Source: Verrucomicrobiales bacterium
Lineage (GTDB): Bacteria > Verrucomicrobiota > Verrucomicrobiia > Limisphaerales > J093
Reading direction: 5' to 3'
Assembly (NCBI GenBank): GCA_024233215.1
Contig: JACKPW010000015.1
Location: 84,253-148,252, forward strand
Length of the DNA stretch: 64,000 bases
Part shown: positions 59,368 to 64,000 of the stretch, piece after piece
Layout: every line of letters starts with the position of its first letter
How positions within the stretch are numbered: the first letter of the stretch is position 1
Notes under the pieces: generated by a model
Seen by the model: the letters and a program-made list of their open reading frames with translations, nothing else
Database searches by the model: none
Told to the model about the DNA's origin: nothing
Program-made: the position numbers and the translations under genes

Positions 59368-59536
59368 TGGCCCCCGGTCGCATGGACGCCGAACCCCGGA
59401 GGATTCCCGTTTCCCGCGACCGGGGGATTTCGAAGGGAGATCATGCCCTCCAGGGCGAGCAAGGGAAGCTGAAAGCCGCCCCGGTTGTGGAGTGCGCCGG
59501 CAAAGCGAAGCGGCGACGGCGCTCTCGGCCGGCTGC

Positions 59537-60175
59537 CTACGGATGATGGTGGAACGCGTCCGGGTGCCTGCCGGACCGGTGGCGATGCTGGGCCGCCAAC
59601 TCGTGGTTCATCGCATCAAGCCCCACATCGATGAGCGGTTGGAGCCGGAGTCGGGCGGACACCACCACGAGTTGGTCGGACTCCAGCACCGCCAGACGCG
59701 TTTGCACGGTGCTGCCCCGACGTGCGTCGGGGTCGATGTAGACCATCACCAGCGTGTCCGCCTCGCGGACGCACGTCAGGCGCTCCCAACCGCGCGCCGT
59801 CATTGTGCGGTCGGCCTCCGCGATCATGTCCGCATACCGCTCCGGTGAGATGCGCCCTTCCACCCGGTCCACACTGACCCGCGCCGTGCGCACGGAGGTT
59901 GCCGCCCGACGTGCCTCGTCAGGCACATCATCCAGGAAATGCAGGCCCATTCGCGCGGTCGCCAGCAGCACCGGCCCCACGCCACCCTGGAACACACGGC
60001 CGAAGGAGGTTCCCGAACTGCGTTTCAGGGCGTCGCGCAGGCTCTGCCCGTCGGAGTCCATGCGAAAACAATCCGCGACGGCCAAAGCCAGCAAAGCCAT
60101 CAGCACCACCAGGACGGCGAGGATCTTGCCGCTGCCCGGTGGGGTGCCGGAGTCGTGGTGTGTGCGCGTCTTCAT
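59537..60175 (-). CDS. Membrane-anchored hypothetical protein (possibly a DUF4252-like paralogue)
   Basis: 212 aa with an N-terminal TM helix (ILAVLVVLMALLALAV). Its layout loosely parallels the adjacent DUF4252-like protein. The C-terminus is His-rich. Confidence 0.55.
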   Translation of the reverse strand: MKTRTHHDSGTPPGSGKILAVLVVLMALLALAVADCFRMDSDGQSLRDALKRSSGTSFGRVFQGGVGPVLLATARMGLHFLDDVPDEARRAATSVRTARVSVDRVEGRISPERYADMIAEADRTMTARGWERLTCVREADTLVMVYIDPDARRGSTVQTRLAVLESDQLVVVSARLRLQPLIDVGLDAMNHELAAQHRHRSGRHPDAFHHHP

Positions 60176-60212
60176 GCGGTGGCAGGGGGCTGACGGGCCA
60201 CGGTGGGGGCGG

Positions 60213-60773
60213 CTAGTGTTCCTTCAGTTTCAGGCCGATGCCCTTGAGCGGCTCGATGTTGAATCGTTCGCCGAGCATGCCGACCTGTTCGGGGCGGATG
60301 TTGCCGTCGATGCCCACGAGCACGGCCTGGTCGCCATTCTCAATGACTTCCACGACGAGGCCTTCCACCGCCTCGTCGCCCTTGAGCTTCAACAGGACGT
60401 GGACGGTGGTGTCGCCGTCCTTCACGGTGGCAACGGATTCCCAACGGGCGGCGGTGAGGGTGGTGCGCACCTTCTCGAGTTGGGCCAGGACGCCCCGGCG
60501 GTTGGTGTCATCGAGGCTGACCACGTGGACCCGGATGCCGCGCAGTTCGTCGAGCACGGTTGCGATCTCGGGTTCGCGGGCGGCCACCGCGCGATTCACC
60601 AGGCTGATCAGGCTGCGGCTGATGTTGACCTCGACATACTCCTCCCCGGAGGCGCTGGCGGGGAGTTTGAACATGGCGGGGTCCAGCGGCGAGACCGTGG
60701 CTTCGGCGGCGTTGAGTTGAAGGGCGGCGGTGATGAGACCGAGGCCGATGAATTGAATGGGAGTGCGTTTCAT
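60213..60773 (-). CDS. DUF4252-like secreted protein
   Basis: Start placed at the ATG at 60773 (MKRTPIQFIGLGLITAALQLNAAEA). The pattern YVEVNISRSLISLVNRA...LRGIRVHVVSLDD...VLLKLKGDE recalls DUF4252, from memory. Length is 186 aa. Confidence 0.65.
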   Translation of the reverse strand: MKRTPIQFIGLGLITAALQLNAAEATVSPLDPAMFKLPASASGEEYVEVNISRSLISLVNRAVAAREPEIATVLDELRGIRVHVVSLDDTNRRGVLAQLEKVRTTLTAARWESVATVKDGDTTVHVLLKLKGDEAVEGLVVEVIENGDQAVLVGIDGNIRPEQVGMLGERFNIEPLKGIGLKLKEH

Positions 60774-60983
60774 GATCGTCGTGGGGTTCTGGTCTTCAAT
60801 GTCATTACCGGCGTCTGCCAGCAGGGGGGAGAACCCGGGATCACGGGGGGAAGTTTCACGAGTTTTCACTTGCGCCGCCGCGCGGGTGGGGAAGGATGAC
60901 CGGGAAACACCAGAACCGGGCCGAGGCCGCTGAAAGCCGGGTTGCACCCGCCGGCCGGAGCCGATTCCAATGCGACGAACACC

Positions 60984-61844
60984 ATGAAACGAATCACCAA
61001 GACTCTCCTGCTCAGCCTGACGGCCGGGGCTTTGATGGGCGTTTGCCCGTTTCAACTCGCAGCCCAATCAGAGGAAACCGCCAATCTGCGTCGCCACGCG
61101 GAGGAGTTGAAGCAACACCTGGGCGAGTTGCGGGAGCATGGCAATCGCGAAGAGGCGAACGCTGTTCAGTCCGAACTGGAAAAGGTCGGAGCGCGGTTGC
61201 GCGAGCTGCAGGGCCAGCAACGTGAAGGCCGTCGCGAGGCCCCCGAGGCGCAACCAGCCCGCGAGGTGCGGGAGTTGCGGGCGCGGGCGCGCGAGATGAA
61301 AGCCGCCGGCCGGGAAGAGGCGGCGCGGGACCTGGCGGAACAGGCGGAACGCTTGCCGCGGGAAATGGCCGGTCGCCCACCCGGCGCCGACCTGTCTCCG
61401 ATGCAACAGAAGTTGCGCGAGCTCGTCGCGGAAGCGCAGCGACGGAAGGCGGCCGGTGATCACGAGGCGGCGCGCGACATCCAGCGTCGTGCCGAGGAAC
61501 TGAAGCAGGAACTCAAGGCCCGCCTGGGGCGCGAGGGGCGGGAACCGGTCCGGATGGCAGAGAAACCGCGGGGCGGCGACATGCCGCCGCCAGAGGAAAT
61601 CGAGCGCCGGTTGCAGCATGTCCGCATCGCCATGGAGAATCTCCATGCCGCCGGGTTGCCGGATGTGGCCCAGCACCTGGAGGAGGTGGCGGCTGATTTG
61701 GAAAGGGCGCTGCAGGGGCCACGGGGCCACGGGGATCCGGTGCCACACCTGCAGGCGCAGATTGACGAATTGCGCGGGGCCGTGGGACGCCTGGCGGAAC
61801 AGATGGAGCGCCTGAAGCGCGCGGTGGCGGGGGATCGCCAGTAA
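60984..61844 (+). CDS. Secreted charged coiled-coil protein
   Basis: Start placed at the ATG at 60984, giving the signal peptide MKRITKTLLLSLTAGALMGVCPFQLAAQ. The protein is E/R/A-rich with repeated (E/H)EAARD(L/I)...AE(R/E)L units. Length is 286 aa. Confidence 0.6.
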   Translation: MKRITKTLLLSLTAGALMGVCPFQLAAQSEETANLRRHAEELKQHLGELREHGNREEANAVQSELEKVGARLRELQGQQREGRREAPEAQPAREVRELRARAREMKAAGREEAARDLAEQAERLPREMAGRPPGADLSPMQQKLRELVAEAQRRKAAGDHEAARDIQRRAEELKQELKARLGREGREPVRMAEKPRGGDMPPPEEIERRLQHVRIAMENLHAAGLPDVAQHLEEVAADLERALQGPRGHGDPVPHLQAQIDELRGAVGRLAEQMERLKRAVAGDRQ

Positions 61845-61867
61845 CGGACGGGGTCAATCGGCGCCAA

Positions 61868-62242
61868 TCAACCGTCGGACTTTCCAGGAGGCGGTGCGGC
61901 GCGCGGCCCGGGGCCTTGGCCGCGCGACCGGGACCGCGACCGCAACCGCGCTTCACGCCGTGCCTGCTTGACGGGCTCGGCGTCTGCCGCCGCACGTTCC
62001 ACCATTTCCCGGGCGAGTCGGGCCTGTTCGAGTCGCCGGCCACGGCGGATGATCCACCAATCCCACAGGGCGATCGCCACGGCGATTCCCAGGAAGGTGA
62101 AACAGGCCAGCCAGTAGAGAATGAATCCCCATCCCCGCAGCCGGGGCTCCAGCAGGGTGATCCCCCACGTGGTCATGCCTCCTGCGAGGATTAGGAACAA
62201 CAGCCCGAACCACCGGCGGCGCGCATCAGCGGGTCCGTTCAT
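61868..62242 (-). CDS. Small two-TM membrane protein with an Arg-rich tail
   Basis: Start placed at the ATG at 62242 (MNGPADARRRWFGLLFLILAGG...). It has two hydrophobic helices. No family was recognised. Confidence 0.5.
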   Translation of the reverse strand: MNGPADARRRWFGLLFLILAGGMTTWGITLLEPRLRGWGFILYWLACFTFLGIAVAIALWDWWIIRRGRRLEQARLAREMVERAAADAEPVKQARREARLRSRSRSRGQGPGPRAAPPPGKSDG

Positions 62243-62476
62243 GCTCGGGAGTCTCGCCCCTTCCCACGGTCCCAACAAGCCTGGGCGCAGCCCAATCGTG
62301 CTCCTCCTGCGAGGCGGAGCGGGAACGGCCCGGCCCCGACCGGTGACATCGACGTGCTTCCGTTATGATCATGACGACGTGCCAAGGCCTCTCCGCCGGG
62401 CGTGGAGGATTGAGGACCACCCTGGTCTGGTGTTTCCGCTTGACAGGCATTGAACATTCATTCACCAAGGCAACCT

Positions 62477-62866
62477 ATGAAGACGCCGCTGGTTCTGTTG
62501 CTGGGGCTGCTTTCGTTGGCCGCCCTGACAGGGTGCGAGCAAATGCACTACCGGCAGTATGGAGGCCCGGCCTCCAGTTGGCCGACCGGCTCGGCCTACA
62601 CGGACCGGGTGTTCGACGTGCCGGTGTATCGGGGGTGGCCTGAAAAGAGCTATGTCGTGCTTGGTTCCATCGAGTTCACGAATGCCAACGTCGACTGGAA
62701 CCAGGGTGACATGAAACAGGCTGCGCGGATGGCGAAGGAAGCGGGCGGCGATGCGATCATCATCATCCCCAAGGGAGCGGACCAATCGCCCTCCACCAGC
62801 ACCGCGCGCCAGGCGCTTGGCATGGTGGACGCCCGTCAGGTTGGAGTGGTTGTCAAGTGGGAGTGA
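62477..62866 (+). CDS. Lipoprotein of unknown function
   Basis: Start placed at the ATG at 62477 (MKTPLVLLLGLLSLAALTGC, with lipobox LTGC). Length is 129 aa. Confidence 0.65.
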   Translation: MKTPLVLLLGLLSLAALTGCEQMHYRQYGGPASSWPTGSAYTDRVFDVPVYRGWPEKSYVVLGSIEFTNANVDWNQGDMKQAARMAKEAGGDAIIIIPKGADQSPSTSTARQALGMVDARQVGVVVKWE

Positions 62867-63005
62867 AGCGAGGGGCGGGGGTGATGACTGCAGGCGGGTG
62901 AAGGCGGGACCGCTGGGACCGGCCGGGACCGTCAAGTTCGACTTTGCGTTTGGGGGCGGCTTGGCGCATCGTCGGGTCGTCACCGGTCCAATCCCGCTGA
63001 TCGCA

Positions 63006-63443
63006 ATGCAGTCCAACCTCAACCCCGACAGCATCATGCAAATCGTCACCCAACTCGCGGTCTTCCTGGAAAACAAACCCGGCACGCTGGCGCGCGTGTG
63101 CGACGCCCTGGGCGAGGCGGAAATCAACATCCTCGCCATGACCACGAGCGACACCGTCGATCACACCGTCGTGCGAATGGTGGTCAGCGATCCCCGTCGG
63201 GCGTTGTTTCTCTTTGAGGAGCGGAATGTGCTCGTGGTCGAAACGGAGGTGCTGATGCTGGACGCGGACAATCGTCCCGGCGGCCTCGCCGACGTGGCCA
63301 GTACGCTGGCGACCGGCAAGGTCAACATCGACTACCTCTACTGCGCCACCAGCCCGCGGACGAAACACGGCATCATCGTCATGCGGGTTTCCGATGCACG
63401 CCGGGCGCTCGAACTGCTCCAGCAACAGGTTCCCACCGATTGA
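63006..63443 (+). CDS. Tandem ACT-domain (amino-acid-binding) protein
   Basis: IVTQLAVFLENKPGTLARVCDALGEAEINILAMT and LMLDADNRPGGLADVASTLATGKVNIDYLY make two ACT repeats. The start is ATG at 63006 or 63036. Confidence 0.8.
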   Translation: MQSNLNPDSIMQIVTQLAVFLENKPGTLARVCDALGEAEINILAMTTSDTVDHTVVRMVVSDPRRALFLFEERNVLVVETEVLMLDADNRPGGLADVASTLATGKVNIDYLYCATSPRTKHGIIVMRVSDARRALELLQQQVPTD

Positions 63444-63533
63444 GCGGCGTCCCGAAACCCCGAGCGCCGGCCAGCCCCGGGTGACGAGACGGGATTCCCT
63501 CTTGAACGAAAATGCGCCGACTGACGTCGGCGG

Positions 63534-64000
63534 CTACGGCGTTACCTCGAACGTCTCCCCCGCCAGGTCAACCGCGACACGGGTGCCGTCGGCATAGGTG
63601 AACTCCTGCCGGCGGTACGAGGCGTCGAGGAATCGGTGCTCGGTCAATGCGAGCAATCCGACCCGACGGTGCAGGGCGCACATGAGCTGGACGCGGTGCA
63701 GTTCCTCGTCGTTCGGGTTCAGCGATAGATACGGGAGTCCGGCATTGCCGAGACCGTGCAGGAATCCGAGGTCGTTTTCCGGAATGCCCCAGGCGCCTTT
63801 GCCCAGCGACCACGGAGTGAGGAGGGCGTCGTGATAAACGAGATTGAACAACGGCACCGGAATGCCCATCGCCGGTCCGTGGCCCGGATCCGGCCGCAAC
63901 GCGTAGGGACCGTGATGGACGAGGTCCAGGTGCGGGATGGACCAGTCGCTCGGTTCCTCCGAACTGACCACGCCCCCCCAGGCCCGGACTGAATCCAGGC
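63534..64000 (-). CDS. C-terminal part of a protein continuing beyond the window (possibly glycoside-hydrolase-associated)
   Basis: The frame stays open from 63971 to base 64000 (upstream codons read ...LDSVRAWGG), so the GTG used by the ORF track is probably internal. Composition is coding-like. No family was recognised. Confidence 0.55.
   Translation of the reverse strand, partial: LDSVRAWGGVVSSEEPSDWSIPHLDLVHHGPYALRPDPGHGPAMGIPVPLFNLVYHDALLTPWSLGKGAWGIPENDLGFLHGLGNAGLPYLSLNPNDEELHRVQLMCALHRRVGLLALTEHRFLDASYRRQEFTYADGTRVAVDLAGETFEVTP

Noticed and set aside
59475-59533. GGAGTGCGCCGGCAAAGCGAAGCGGCGACGGCGCTC-type stretch upstream of the Gfo/Idh/MocA gene, reminiscent (from memory) of another short repeat common in PVC intergenic regions
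   Set aside because: There is a single short occurrence in this window with no partner or clear structure. It cannot be supported as a feature without a genome-wide search.

Overview
GC-rich (by eye about two-thirds G+C; not computed) 64-kb chromosomal window. The gene content points to a PVC-superphylum, Verrucomicrobiota-like bacterium, but that is inference only. The supporting genes are a PEP-CTERM protein, a giant LTD/CotH protein, an HzsA-like haem-motif protein, many Tat-signal oxidoreductases and secreted glycoside hydrolases. About 50 protein genes are supportable. In order they are: gcvT-gcvH; a complete Bacteroidota-style cbb3 oxidase cluster (ccoI-ccoS-ccoNO fusion-ccoQ-monohaem ccoP, terminator, ccoG-fixH-tauE-like); ilvE-mcsA-mcsB-clpC; and GH16-like and alpha/beta-hydrolase genes. 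Next come a 1711-aa LTD/CotH protein; a divergent pair of uncharacterised operons (SIS / MetE-like / MBL versus glycosyltransferase / radical-SAM-SPASM / ArsR); mutS; a PEP-CTERM protein; and a glycan-degradation block (ADP-ribosylglycohydrolase-fold, GH2, metallophosphoesterase, GH51, GH43-LamG, Calx-beta/delta-60 protein). The window ends with a GH26 / Tat-flavoprotein / NapH-like polyferredoxin operon, a RelE/ParE toxin-antitoxin pair, esterase / unknown / Gfo-Idh-MocA genes, DUF4252 paralogues and small envelope proteins. I recognised no rRNA, tRNA, CRISPR array, transposase or integrase. The most unusual signal is non-coding. Nearly every inter-operon gap carries a member of one family of 90-220 nt hairpin elements. 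Each arm is three tandem ~10-nt units. Arm sequence differs between copies, yet each copy stays complementary to itself, and the copies share flanking and central boxes. A 1.17-kb gene-free spacer additionally holds a 420-bp-period tandem duplication of a ~290-nt structured-looking element. All coordinates, start-codon choices and family names come from reading the sequence and the supplied ORF track; no searches were run.
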